Assembly (NCBI GenBank): GCA_048938105.1
Contig: JBHLMN010000014.1
Span: 64,001-128,000 of the forward strand
Source of the DNA: Promethearchaeota archaeon
GTDB lineage: Archaea; Asgardarchaeota; Heimdallarchaeia; Hodarchaeales; Hodarchaeaceae
Reading direction: 5' to 3'
DNA length: 64,000 nt
The notes beneath the pieces are model-generated. The model did not search any database, was not told where the DNA came from, and was given only the letters and a program-made list of their open reading frames with translations. Position numbers and translations under genes: made by a program. Shown piece by piece: positions 52,201 through 61,914 of the stretch; positions within the stretch are counted from its first letter, which is position 1; each line of letters begins with the position of its first letter.

Positions 52201-52982
52201 ACACATTCACCGTAGAACTTAGACATGATTTCAGGCCCTTGAATAGGAATGAAATGGGCCTCTGATTCATTAGCAACTGCTTTAGCAATGAGTGTTTTAC
52301 CTGTTCCTGGGGGTCCGTGTAATAAAACTCCTTTAGGTGGATCAATTCCCAATTTTTTAAAGAGTTCAGGATGTTTCAAAGGTAATTCAACCATTTCACG
52401 AATTCGTTGAATTGCATCTGATAAACCACCAATATCCTCATAGCTTACCCCTGGCATTCCAGTTTCAATTTCAGAAACTGGTTTTTCTGAAACATTAAGT
52501 TTTGTTGTATCAGTGATTAATACAATATCTGTTGGAGTTGTTGAATTCACAACAAATGGTATAGATCTACCTAGAATAGGGATGAGAACCGTATCATTCT
52601 TGGAAACAGGATATCCTAACAATTTTCGTTTTACAAAGGCTTCAAAACCATAATCGAGGGAAATTTGGCGAGTTGGTGCAATATTGACCGTTTTGGCTAC
52701 TTTTATCTGGGCTTTTTGGATCCGAACATTCTCTTCTAACGATACCTTGGCATTCCTACGAATTATTCCATCCATTCGTACAATACCAGCTCCCTGATCT
52801 TCAATGTAAGCAGGCCAAGCGATAGCTCCTGTTTTTTGCCTTCCTTTAATCTCGACAACGTCACCAGTTGTGATACCAATTTCTCGCATATTGATATCAT
52901 CCATACGGATTTTTCCCCGTCCCACATCACGTTGTCTCGCCTCGGCAACCTTTAATACAACTTCCTTTGCCAATATCCTCAA
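49266..52982 (-). CDS. cdc48: Cdc48/VCP AAA+ ATPase containing an intein
   Basis: N domain, D1 ([21 protein letters not shown]) and D2 ([14 protein letters not shown]). Confidence 0.97.
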   Translation of the reverse strand: MRILAKEVVLKVAEARQRDVGRGKIRMDDINMREIGITTGDVVEIKGRQKTGAIAWPAYIEDQGAGIVRMDGIIRRNAKVSLEENVRIQKAQIKVAKTVNIAPTRQISLDYGFEAFVKRKLLGYPVSKNDTVLIPILGRSIPFVVNSTTPTDIVLITDTTKLNVSEKPVSEIETGMPGVSYEDIGGLSDAIQRIREMVELPLKHPELFKKLGIDPPKGVLLHGPPGTGKTLIAKAVANESEAHFIPIQGPEIMSKFYGECVAKDSLVFTNGNGLKSIGKTIQNGKVHSIAGLNFDTGEINLLPVKELFDKGTQITLKITTPHGQLEVTPSSRFLTLYDGELNWIYADELKVGDQIASPRTLRIIDTKTPLVLNSLKDNTLICGELVKNLFSNMSEYGKSGEYAKELGINKRKFETLKYSKGKIPALYVKKLFSLYPVDDQYDLYLEHNRKVPLYMTEDFMYILGLLTGDGHLRYSHSYGTVTQIILTSKDEAVKNQYIKAIKNTFNITPHEYSKADYSYYFNSRPIGDLLHNLGLPVSKKSETVTVPHYVINTPIKLLKSYLRGLFDSDGGVQFISEKNPEKRSIQITYTSKSRKLIQGIKLCLLRFDILSTISHRKRDGTWRLFISNNSSIENFKKYISFIHQRKREKMMSKIEREYSRPTYDRIPIAKWIYKNAKKANIGHRELLRNGINPAVKGLTIEQLRKAYIIFKEKGLDSILLDKINYLLDLKVIWTPIRRIERSQAHVYDFEVPKHHNFIANGLLVHNSEARLREIFKEAEDNAPSIVFIDEIDAIAPKREEVTGEVERRVVAQILALMDGLESRGETIVIGATNRPNAVDPALRRPGRFDREIEIGVPDKNERLEILQIHTRRMPGIEDVDTEKLAVITHGFVGADLAALGREAAMKKLREILPEINLSEDTIPPTVLDNLKVEDRHFEDALKEIHPSAIREVFIEVPNVKWENIGGMDSIKQELIEIVEWPLRQKSSFQRLGINPPRAVLLFGAPGTGKTLLAKALATESQVNFISVKGPELLSKWVGESEKAVREVFRKARTASPALVFFDEIDAVATRRGTGDSSGVNERVISQLLTELAGIEPLRDVVVLAATNRPDMIDPALLRPGRFDRVVYIPPPDEESRKLILDIHTKNMPLAEDVNLDRLAKETEYYVGADLEAICREAGMIALREGLDTNIVEWRHFESSLSRVHSSCTPEMMKWYENQESQFRRRIALGSQPTVPLFG
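50685..52205 (-). mobile_element. 507-aa intein with LAGLIDADG homing endonuclease
   Basis: SKFYGE|CVAKDS...[21 protein letters not shown]|SEARL; LGLLTGDG and LRGLFDSDG motifs. Confidence 0.95.
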
Positions 52983-53145
52983 CTTTATACATTAATTAAC
53001 AAAGTATTGAACTCTTGTCTAGTTGTCCTGATTCTTGTTTAAAATTAGTTTCTATTTAATCCTATTAATATTACCTCTAGATGTCAGGAAAATTCTAATG
53101 CTTCATCACCCAGAAAATTTTTTAATACCTAAAAACATTGTGAAA

Positions 53146-53433
53146 TTAATAATCAATGATTGTTTGAAGTTCAATTTCGCAATTGTCCACTTCTTCCAGA
53201 GCTATAAGACGATCCTCAAATTTTTGAAGTGTTTCAGTTCCTTCATCAGAGTCAGCTGTTTTTACGAAGAGTTTAATGGCATATAAGCCGAAAAAAAGGG
53301 GCTCCTCTTCGTTCTTAAGTATTTCTAAATTTAAGTCACTTATTAAGTTGGTTTGGACGTGAGAAAGCACCTCATTGCGATTTACTTCTGGGGAAGTGGG
53401 AATTATCTTCAATATCGATAGAACATTAGACAT
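53146..53433 (-). CDS. ef1b: Elongation factor 1-beta
   Basis: VLSILKIIP and EEPLFFGLYAI motifs; adjacent to the zinc-ribbon gene as is usual. Confidence 0.85.
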   Translation of the reverse strand: MSNVLSILKIIPTSPEVNRNEVLSHVQTNLISDLNLEILKNEEEPLFFGLYAIKLFVKTADSDEGTETLQKFEDRLIALEEVDNCEIELQTIIDY

Positions 53434-53503
53434 AATTGAGCCTCAATTAGTTACATTTAAGACTAGCAGTTGAATAAACCGCATTATATTAAACAAAATG
53501 ACA

Positions 53504-53686
53504 TTAAGGTCCTGAGAATCCACAATTAGGACAAGTATATCGGTTCCCCAATTTTCGACATCGTTCACAACGAATTATGGGGATCATTCCACAGGAAGGA
53601 CAAGGAAATCGTGTTGTTCCATGTTGACTAGGCATAACAGCAACTTGACAGGGATTACATCTTTGCATTCGGATGATTTCGCTCAT
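53504..53686 (-). CDS. Zinc-ribbon protein (DUF1610/HVO_2753 type)
   Basis: FPCPSCG...IRCERCRKLGNRYTCPNCGFSGP. Confidence 0.9.
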   Translation of the reverse strand: MSEIIRMQRCNPCQVAVMPSQHGTTRFPCPSCGMIPIIRCERCRKLGNRYTCPNCGFSGP

Positions 53687-54026
53687 TACAAGTACCTCAG
53701 TGTCTATTTGCCTCGCCTAAAGAAAGCATAATAAATTCTTCTCTTTGTTTCAATCCTTCCTCTAGTTTTCCTATCATTTTCTAGCTATAGATGAAAAGAG
53801 TATTCTCACAATTAAACCAGATGAATGAATTTAGTAATGATGTAAACAAAAGCAATGGATGAATACGATTTATCAGTTGGATGTTCACGATCTAGCAAGA
53901 TAGATTTATTTTAATAGAAAAAAACAAGAAAATGTTCTTCAAACAACATTCGAATTTAGGGATATTTTGGAGCTTAAAAATGACAGAGAGACATAAATTT
54001 TGTGAAAGTATAGACCTTTAATTTAA

Positions 54027-54455
54027 GTGATTAAATTGGCAACATATGAACATATCACCATTGATAGAGATGAAGAATCTTCATCTACAGAAAAGATTCA
54101 AAAGATATTAGATAGTCTAGGTGCAGTTCAAGGAGTGGAACAAGCACTTTTAGTAAGCGAAGAAGGATTTCCTATAATGTGTGCACGAACTACACCAATT
54201 TCCGAAGAAGTTGAAACATTGGTGTCTGCCATGGTCGCTGGAATTGTCAGTACTTTTGCTGGGGCTTGTGTTCAACTTAATTTGGGAAAGGAAATAAATT
54301 TCATCCATGTTCAGACCCCCCTTGGTTTAGGCTTAATCTCTAGTGTAGGGAGTACCATTCTCGTATTGATAACAAAACCCAAAGTCAAGCTTGGATTAAT
54401 GCATTATCTTATTACTTCAACTAGGACTAAAATGTTAAAAGTGCGGGAATTTTAA
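54027..54455 (+). CDS. Roadblock/LC7-domain protein
   Basis: GVEQALLVSEEGFPI, VSAMVA and LVLITKPKVKLGL motifs. Confidence 0.88.
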   Translation: MIKLATYEHITIDRDEESSSTEKIQKILDSLGAVQGVEQALLVSEEGFPIMCARTTPISEEVETLVSAMVAGIVSTFAGACVQLNLGKEINFIHVQTPLGLGLISSVGSTILVLITKPKVKLGLMHYLITSTRTKMLKVREF

Positions 54456-54604
54456 TTTAATCCCGACAAAACTTTCTCTTTGCCCTATTTTAATTTATTA
54501 GTTACTACAAAGACAAATCTTTTATTTTTCACTAGATGCCATTGATTATAAAGGAGAGAGTAAATGCAATCAATTGCAAAAATTCTGATTAGGATGAATC
54601 TTAT

Positions 54605-55066
54605 TTGCCATTATTAGAATCTAATTTAGTGTTACAATCCGTTAAATGTGATAAAACAGGAGTCGAACCGATATGCGTTCTTTGTCCTGACTGTGAGGGC
54701 TGTGAAACGGCTCTTCGCGAGATTATTAATTTTAAAAATGGTCAGTTAATTAGACAAGGCAATTCAGCTATTGCTTCCCTCAAACTTCGCTTCAATGATC
54801 CTGTTGAACAGTTTATTTTCGAACGAATTCGAAATGAGCTATGGCGAGATGCTGGATCGAGATTAAAAGTTATACGAGAACCAGAAGAAGGATACCAAAT
54901 TTCATTTTTTCTCAATACAGAAATGGTAAAAACTGTAGAACAACGAGAAACTTTAATTGACTATTGGGAGAAATTCAGTATAAATATGCGGCGAATCTTA
55001 ACAGATGGAAAAATGGTTATCAATAAATACGTTCGTAGTCGTGCTGAAGCTTCCCGTTTATCTTAA
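54605..55066 (+). CDS. ARP2/3 complex subunit 4 (ARPC4)-like protein with Cys-rich N-terminus
   Basis: NSAIASLKLRFNDPVE...REPEEGYQISF...LIDYWEKF...KMVINKYVRSRAE aligns by eye with ARPC4 NSVRVSIAVKQADEIE...RKPVEGYDISF...LVDFVIHF...KLSVNARARIVAE. Confidence 0.8.
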   Translation: MPLLESNLVLQSVKCDKTGVEPICVLCPDCEGCETALREIINFKNGQLIRQGNSAIASLKLRFNDPVEQFIFERIRNELWRDAGSRLKVIREPEEGYQISFFLNTEMVKTVEQRETLIDYWEKFSINMRRILTDGKMVINKYVRSRAEASRLS

Positions 55067-55183
55067 TTTATGTAAAAACATCCAATTATGATATTTTTCA
55101 TACTTAAGTATATTTTAACGACAAAATCTAATTTAAAAAGTCAAAATTTGATTTTAAAAAAAGGAAATGAAAAAGGAATTATT

Positions 55184-55624
55184 TTATGGGTTAAATTCTC
55201 TGGTTAAAGTCGAAGGTGTTGCTTTAGCATCATCAGTGGGTCTAAATGAGACTGTGACTCTCCACTTAGTTATTGTACCAGCGATTTCTTCATCAAAAGT
55301 ATATTTTAATATGTCTCCCTGTCCAGCTTCAATTGAAATTTCGGTAAAATCAAATTGTGCTTCTACCCATGTACCGTTATTTGCCTCAAGCTTAATATCT
55401 GTTATTGTCGCACTTTTGGTACCTGTACTCTTAATCTCAATTTTTGCTGTGCCATTAGTAAAAACAGGAGTTCCTTGAAATTCTATCTTCGTGCTTGTGG
55501 AGATCATTGGTATTATTACGAAAAATAACGCTGCACCTGCAGCGACTGCAAGTCCAATTAATAGAATTGCAGCTATAACGGGACTGACTGCACGCTTTTT
55601 ATGATATAATCTTAGGATTTTCAT
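55184..55624 (-). CDS. Archaeal type IV pilin-like protein
   Basis: Class III signal peptide KKRA|VSPVIAAILLI. Confidence 0.9.
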   Translation of the reverse strand: MKILRLYHKKRAVSPVIAAILLIGLAVAAGAALFFVIIPMISTSTKIEFQGTPVFTNGTAKIEIKSTGTKSATITDIKLEANNGTWVEAQFDFTEISIEAGQGDILKYTFDEEIAGTITKWRVTVSFRPTDDAKATPSTLTREFNP

Positions 55625-55831
55625 TATGATTCATTCTCCGCTTTTTTTTTTTGATTTCAAAATGTCAGAAATTGACTTGTTGAAACATGTATTACATATT
55701 ACTTAAACTTTTCATTATACTAATTTCTCAATATAGAAATATATTACTTTAAAATTTGAAAAATTTTCAGGCATATCAGTTCTTACTAATAATAATGTGA
55801 ATATTAAATTTGAATAAAAAAAACAGAATAT

Positions 55832-56341
55832 TTACAATGTTGAGAGTAAAATACCAATATTTTGTCTTAATTTGGCCATTGTCTGTTCAAGGGTTTCAAC
55901 CAAGACTCTTGTTTTTAATATCTCCATAAAGTTTAAATCACCAAAATAGCGAGGTACAATGTGCCAATGTAAATGTTTTACACTTCCTCCTGCTGCATTT
56001 CCAATATTTAATCCAATATTAAAAGCTCTTGGTTGATGAGTGATTTTTAGTAATTTAATTCCTCGCTGTAATAATAAAGCAAGATGAGTGACTAAATCTG
56101 TCGGTACCTCTTCATAATGTTCATAATGTTCCAAAGGTGAAACCAAGAGATGTCCTGGATTATAAGGAAAACGATTGAGTAAAATCATGCTCTGATCATC
56201 ACGAAAAAGTTCCCATGCTTCTATTCCTGCTGTTTTATGGGTGATAGCGCAAAAAAAACACTGATTTGGATCTTTCTTTTGTTTAACATATTCAACTTTC
56301 CACGGGGCTGTAAGATAGGTACGAAACAATGGTTTTGGCAC
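55832..56341 (-). CDS. HIT-family nucleotide hydrolase
   Basis: APW, CFFC, LNRFPYNPGH and HLHWHIVPR motifs. Confidence 0.92.
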   Translation of the reverse strand: MPKPLFRTYLTAPWKVEYVKQKKDPNQCFFCAITHKTAGIEAWELFRDDQSMILLNRFPYNPGHLLVSPLEHYEHYEEVPTDLVTHLALLLQRGIKLLKITHQPRAFNIGLNIGNAAGGSVKHLHWHIVPRYFGDLNFMEILKTRVLVETLEQTMAKLRQNIGILLSTL

Positions 56342-56461
56342 AGAAATTCTCCTCTTTAGTGAGCTTTTGGCAATTAAAATATCTAATCTGTCTTCTCTGA
56401 ACTTCTTTATTTACAGATTGCGGGATATTGGTTCGGAAAGATTTTTTTTATCTGAAGAGGA

Positions 56462-57979
56462 ATGTTGAAATGTCGGTGTAAGCAGAACATGGATTGCCAA
56501 AAACGAAAGTTTCACAGGCGAATAGCGATAAGAATATTTATTATAGTAGGATTTTTATTAATAAGTAATTTTATGCCAATTATGGAAGCAATAGGGAACG
56601 GAGAAACAGAAGAAGGTATAATAGCTGTTTTTTATGGTTCAGCTATGGATAAAAAGTTAAGTCAGGAGATGGTGAGGTTATCAGGGAGAGTAGCTAAGTA
56701 TTACAACCTCTCTGTTGTCCAAGCTGATTCATCATTTGCATTTGACAATGAAAGTGTTACAGCCATATGGTGGGTCAACGAATTAGCTTTACCTATAGAT
56801 TTGACATTTGTGGGCGACATTAGTGAATGGAAACTGAATGGGAGAGGCATGTTTGTATTGAATCGTTATTTTAATGAGACTCCCCTCCAAGATTTATCAC
56901 ATCTAGGTATCGCTGCTTATGCCCCAGTTGTATATCCACTTAATGGTTCATTCGCAAAACAAGAATTAAGCATAGTGGAGAATCAGTTGCCAATGCTTAA
57001 TTTGAGTAAAACCATCTTTGATTTTAATGGTAGTACAGCATGGGTGGAGATGAATAGCCAATCTCAACTGCTAGCAGAGGTTACAACGCCCAAGGTAGAC
57101 CCTATCTTGGAAGATCTAAAGTCAGGAATTTGGAAGGTAGACAATCGTGTGATTGTTTGCAGTTTCTCAATTGAAATGAATTTAGAAGTGGAAGAATCCA
57201 AGTTTAGGTTACTTGGGGTCGGATTAGAGGCACCAGAAAATGTGATTGAACTTTTAGGGCAACTTGCACAATTGACAATAGGAACCTTACCTTCAGGCCA
57301 AGAAGGAATTTATCCACAACTAGGAGGAGTAGACGAGATAGCAGCAATTGGTATCGCTGTGATTGCAACCATTTTATCTGTTATCATATTGATTAAAATA
57401 GGAGTCTTTTCTAAAGTCCGCGAAATCGTGGTAGGAGTTTTTATGAGCCTGGTTTTATTTATAGCTCATATTACATACTCACCACAAAGACGACGAATCA
57501 ATGAAACTGAACTTCTGGAAAATGAGTTGAGAAATCAAATTGTAGAATATCTAGAGCTGAAAGGGGAACAGGGAGCTCATTTACGTGAGATTCAGCGGGA
57601 AGTTAAGTGTGGTATTTCTTCCTTGTTATGGCATTTACAAGCATTAGATGACTTTAATTTAATAACCCATGAGAAAATTGGGAAGTATCATATTTTCTAT
57701 TTAGTTGGTGCAAAATCTGTGCAAATATCAGAAATTGCCTTGGCATTAAAAAGTGATGTAGCGAAAGAACTCTGTCGTGTATTGATAAGGAAAGGAAAAC
57801 CGTTACCACTGTCAAAAATTTCACAAGAAATCGATGTACATCATTCTAGTGTACAACATCATATCAAGAAATTAGTTGAGTTAGGAATCATAATTACACT
57901 AAAAGAAAAAAAGCGATCAAAGTATATCATAGGCCCAAAGCGATTAACATGGTTGAAAAGCCATTTGGAGGCAGCCTAA
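56462..57979 (+). CDS. Membrane-anchored transcriptional regulator (extracellular domain, TMs, tandem wHTH)
   Basis: N-terminal signal/TM, ~250-aa extracellular region, two hydrophobic segments, then GAHLREIQRE..SLLWHL and LSKISQE..SSVQHHIKKL HTHs. Confidence 0.8.
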   Translation: MLKCRCKQNMDCQKRKFHRRIAIRIFIIVGFLLISNFMPIMEAIGNGETEEGIIAVFYGSAMDKKLSQEMVRLSGRVAKYYNLSVVQADSSFAFDNESVTAIWWVNELALPIDLTFVGDISEWKLNGRGMFVLNRYFNETPLQDLSHLGIAAYAPVVYPLNGSFAKQELSIVENQLPMLNLSKTIFDFNGSTAWVEMNSQSQLLAEVTTPKVDPILEDLKSGIWKVDNRVIVCSFSIEMNLEVEESKFRLLGVGLEAPENVIELLGQLAQLTIGTLPSGQEGIYPQLGGVDEIAAIGIAVIATILSVIILIKIGVFSKVREIVVGVFMSLVLFIAHITYSPQRRRINETELLENELRNQIVEYLELKGEQGAHLREIQREVKCGISSLLWHLQALDDFNLITHEKIGKYHIFYLVGAKSVQISEIALALKSDVAKELCRVLIRKGKPLPLSKISQEIDVHHSSVQHHIKKLVELGIIITLKEKKRSKYIIGPKRLTWLKSHLEAA

Positions 57980-59605
57980 ACGAAAGCATACAACTATTCA
58001 TTTAGGAAATCATGGCTCCTAGGTTTGTGTTTAGTATTAGTTACCTCAGGAAATACTGTATCAGGTATTGGGAGAAGTGAATATCATTTTATACAATTAG
58101 ATTCATTTTTTGAAAAAAACCTGTTTGGAGTAAGGTTTGATTATAATCCTAGAGTTTCTAGTGGTCAACCATTACGAATAATCAATGATTTGCTAGATCA
58201 ATCATGGGATCCAAATACTACTGACCCAGACCTCAAAGAAGATAATATTCTATCATTAGTAGGATACGAAGCTCAAGACATCAGTTCAGCATTTCTGGCT
58301 TTAGAACAGGTGAAACGGACACAAGACATTCTAATTGATTCGATAGAATGGCAATCTGCAGCCCCCTTTGTTAAGTATTTACATCATTTCTCTCTTCCAA
58401 CAGGAGAGGATGTCCTATTAGCTCAGGATTTTCTTGGGATGGCATTAACGGTAAATGGAAGCGGATTTAATCCTATTGATTATCAGCTTGGATATGCTAA
58501 TGTACCATTAGAATTTTTAGAGTTTTTAATTCCAAATGATAAGGGATATTCCTTTAATTTGTCAGTAGAAACTTCCATAATGATCCAAGAATCTGTTAAC
58601 GAGCTACAAATCGATTTAACATTTTCTAATCTGACCTTTCTATTCCAAACTAGTGGTGTTGCTTTAGATAATTTTGGATTGGAGATTGCAGAACATTTTA
58701 TGATTGTTCAGTTTGATTACATATCTTTCTCCCTGACTTTGAGAAAATACTCACATTATGGGACTTCTGGAGTAGAGACTCTGTCAGAGATTTCAATAGG
58801 AAATGTAATGAATTTGATCATTAATGAGGAATTACCACGCGAGCAAAATTGGTTAAATGCCCTTAATTACACGATACAAGAGGATTTCAAGGATTTAATC
58901 CCAATTAACGAAACATTCTCCTGGTATCAGGGCCCAGATATATCAGAACGGTTACAAATGTTTTCTAATCTTTCTTTCTCCCTCATCACAGCTCAAAACA
59001 TTGGTGTATTAAACGGAACCCAAGTGGTAAATGATCTTCAGGTAGTTATAGATGATCAGAACAGAACAAAAGCAGAATTATCTCAGTTGGAGTTTACTGT
59101 AAAAGATGGAATTTCAGTTATTCATGATGAACGAATATTATTCTCAACCCAAGTTAAAGGCCGGAATTTTGCAATAATTCAGGAAGATGGTATAAATGAA
59201 ATCTCCCTGGTTCCAATGGAAGCGCGAGTAATTGCTTTGAACCAACAAACTGGGTTTGCAGACAATCTTTTATTCCTACAAGAAACATCATTACTAAAAG
59301 AACTGATTGTTGAATGTATTAAACGCTTCATTGCAAATCCAGAGATTTCTACATTAGGGATCAGTGAAGTATTAAATAAAGTAGGTTTAGATCTGACTTC
59401 AGCACAATATATACAAGATTTTCAACTAGTAGAATGGTCAGGGATGAGTTTCAAAATTAACTTAATACAATATGCAGTTAAAACCGCTCCATCTTCTACC
59501 ATTAAATCAAAAATGAGTCAAGTCACACTCATTCCAACCGTATCAGTATTATTGGGGCTTCTAATTCTGGTAGTCATTGTTAAACGAGGAAATAGGGGAA
59601 AATGA
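57980..59605 (+). CDS. Cell-surface protein, paralog of 59936-61627; probable ACG start
   Basis: A signal peptide appears only when the ORF is extended in frame to ACG at 57980. C-terminal TM with basic tail; many NxS/T sequons. Confidence 0.75.
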   Translation, partial: TKAYNYSFRKSWLLGLCLVLVTSGNTVSGIGRSEYHFIQLDSFFEKNLFGVRFDYNPRVSSGQPLRIINDLLDQSWDPNTTDPDLKEDNILSLVGYEAQDISSAFLALEQVKRTQDILIDSIEWQSAAPFVKYLHHFSLPTGEDVLLAQDFLGMALTVNGSGFNPIDYQLGYANVPLEFLEFLIPNDKGYSFNLSVETSIMIQESVNELQIDLTFSNLTFLFQTSGVALDNFGLEIAEHFMIVQFDYISFSLTLRKYSHYGTSGVETLSEISIGNVMNLIINEELPREQNWLNALNYTIQEDFKDLIPINETFSWYQGPDISERLQMFSNLSFSLITAQNIGVLNGTQVVNDLQVVIDDQNRTKAELSQLEFTVKDGISVIHDERILFSTQVKGRNFAIIQEDGINEISLVPMEARVIALNQQTGFADNLLFLQETSLLKELIVECIKRFIANPEISTLGISEVLNKVGLDLTSAQYIQDFQLVEWSGMSFKINLIQYAVKTAPSSTIKSKMSQVTLIPTVSVLLGLLILVVIVKRGNRGK

Positions 59606-59839
59606 ATACCTAAAAAGCTCTAAGAAAGGAATAATCCACATCCACTAATCAAAAATGAAGCTAAGAAGGTTATTCCAATCCAATAAGATTGGAACCTATA
59701 ATATATTATTGAACATAAAGTAATTCTTTTAAAAGCAAGGTTTTAAGGGATTTAAAAAACATTATAAACTTTTTTTGGCGGATTTTTGTTTCGCACATTT
59801 TTTTAAAGGATGATAAATGCATAGTTCTTAGACCAATTA

Positions 59840-59890
59840 CTCGACTTCAGATGTGACTCAAAACTTTAAATTATGAGTTTCATAGTCGAG
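59840..59890 (+). promoter_or_regulatory. TATA box flanked by nested inverted repeats
   Basis: CTCGACT...ACTCA-AAAC-TTTAAATT-A-TGAGT...AGTCGAG upstream of the ATG at 59936. Confidence 0.5.
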
Positions 59891-59935
59891 AGTTCAATTA
59901 AAGTAATTTAAAAGTTATTTAGGTGAAATCTAATA

Positions 59936-61627
59936 ATGAAAAAACAAAAAGTATTGATTCTACAGCTGGCATTGTCTACAATTGCTATCTTAGCTAGTTC
60001 GATAATTTTTTCAGCTGCTAATACAACGGCTCCTACTGAATTCGTTCTCTCTCATGACTTTAGTGAAGATTACTTCCATGAAACAATCGATGTTCCACTT
60101 AAACCATATTTCCCTGATGATAACGCCTCGGTCTTTCTATCCTATATTAATGCATCAGGTATTGAAGTTGGTTACACTGGCTTAGAAAAAGTTGAGATGG
60201 ATCTTAAACTCAGTGATATTTTTAGATCTTCAGCCATGGCTGTACTAGAGGATCTTGGTTTTCCAGATGAACCGATCGCAACTGTAAATGCAACAACACC
60301 ATTTCAATTCCTGCTCGAACATTGGACAACAACAGAAGATGGTTCCACTTCAGAGATGTTTGCTGCAAATGATTTTGTAGCGCTTCTCGCATACTCTACT
60401 ACTCCATCTGAAAAAACCTTGACTCCTGATGACACAATCTACGTTGGATACACATTAGCTCTAGATCAACTAACTAATGGTATAAACGCACTAATAACCG
60501 ATCCTTCTCATGGTTACGATGCTATTCCGAAATATGACGTTGAAACCTCATTTGAAGTTGTAGACAAAAACGAAATTCATTTTGGTATTAATTACACCAA
60601 TATGGTGACATTTTGGCAAAAAGCAGACGAGAGCGCTTATGACCCAGTTAAAGACATTCCAAAAGCATTATTAAAAGATAAAATAGATAAATTAAAAGCA
60701 ATGATTGCAGGGTTTCAGGCAGCAACAGTATTTGACTATCTAGCTTTTAACTACAACGTAACATGGTCCACGTCAACTGAAGGTGAAGTTACAGAAGTTA
60801 AAACTGACATTGTTACCCATTACAATATTGGGGAAGTCAGCTGGTTATTCACATTAGACTCTGGATCTCCGATTGACTCAAAATATACTGATTCATTCAA
60901 GGACTCAATAACTTATGAAATTGATTTACCTGGTGCTGGTTTGAACATTCTAGGAACACCTATTCCTGACAAACTTTCTCATGAGTTTATAGTTGAAGCT
61001 TATCCATTTGATGATGCACAAGCCCGTATAAATGATGCAAACGGATTTGGTTTCGCTGTAATGACACAGACTAATTCTTATGGATTGAATTTCAAGGATG
61101 CCATCTGGGATGATGGAATGCTGACTATCTCGGCTGAAGATGACTTTGAAACTTCTTTTGTTGATAAAAACACCTACAAATTAAAGGGTGTTGAAGAGCT
61201 TGGCTTCGATGCTGATCTTGACCGCAATGTTACTTTTCTTGCTAAATACCATTCAGATATGACTCATGTAACAACTCCCCTAGTCAAAGGATATTTGGAT
61301 ATTTCTCACGAACTCTATCACGACTTTATCAAGTGGATACTCGAAAATGGATTTGGTTATCACAAAACCTATGGCTACAGAGCTGAGGAGGCAAATTACT
61401 TGACCCTCACTCAGTTTGGTGATTGGGTTGGTGGAGAAATCGTCCACGATCCCGCGTATTCCGCCGTTGCAGCGATGGCTGCTGTTGAGTCAAGTGCTTC
61501 ATCATCATCAAAGACCAGTGGGCCTCCACCAACTAGTACCACTGGTGGTGTTCCTGGATTCGAGATTCTCATTGTGTTATTTACCCTTCCTCCTCTGTAT
61601 ACAATGCACCGTAAGCGACATCATTAA
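59936..61627 (+). CDS. Cell-surface glycoprotein with PGF-CTERM-like sorting signal
   Basis: Signal peptide, acidic body, Ser/Thr linker, VPGF + TM + RKRHH; long T-tract terminator after the stop. Confidence 0.85.
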   Translation: MKKQKVLILQLALSTIAILASSIIFSAANTTAPTEFVLSHDFSEDYFHETIDVPLKPYFPDDNASVFLSYINASGIEVGYTGLEKVEMDLKLSDIFRSSAMAVLEDLGFPDEPIATVNATTPFQFLLEHWTTTEDGSTSEMFAANDFVALLAYSTTPSEKTLTPDDTIYVGYTLALDQLTNGINALITDPSHGYDAIPKYDVETSFEVVDKNEIHFGINYTNMVTFWQKADESAYDPVKDIPKALLKDKIDKLKAMIAGFQAATVFDYLAFNYNVTWSTSTEGEVTEVKTDIVTHYNIGEVSWLFTLDSGSPIDSKYTDSFKDSITYEIDLPGAGLNILGTPIPDKLSHEFIVEAYPFDDAQARINDANGFGFAVMTQTNSYGLNFKDAIWDDGMLTISAEDDFETSFVDKNTYKLKGVEELGFDADLDRNVTFLAKYHSDMTHVTTPLVKGYLDISHELYHDFIKWILENGFGYHKTYGYRAEEANYLTLTQFGDWVGGEIVHDPAYSAVAAMAAVESSASSSSKTSGPPPTSTTGGVPGFEILIVLFTLPPLYTMHRKRHH

Positions 61628-61914
61628 TCTTTTTTTTTCTTTTTTTTCTTTTTTTTCCCTCTTTTCTTTGTATTCTGATTAATTTTATTAAAATTAGCCT
61701 CAATACATTATGAGATTCTTTATTAAGATGAACTTAAAGGCAAATATCTATTACCCAATAAGCTCAAACTTCAAACTTGGTAAATAGTCTAGCTATGACC
61801 ATTATAACAAATTTAGAATAATCTTTTAAATAAAGTTGAAATCTTTTATCTCACAAAGAGCTAAAAAACTAAAGATCTTTTTAATCAGAGTTAATTGCAA
61901 TAGGATGAGAAATA

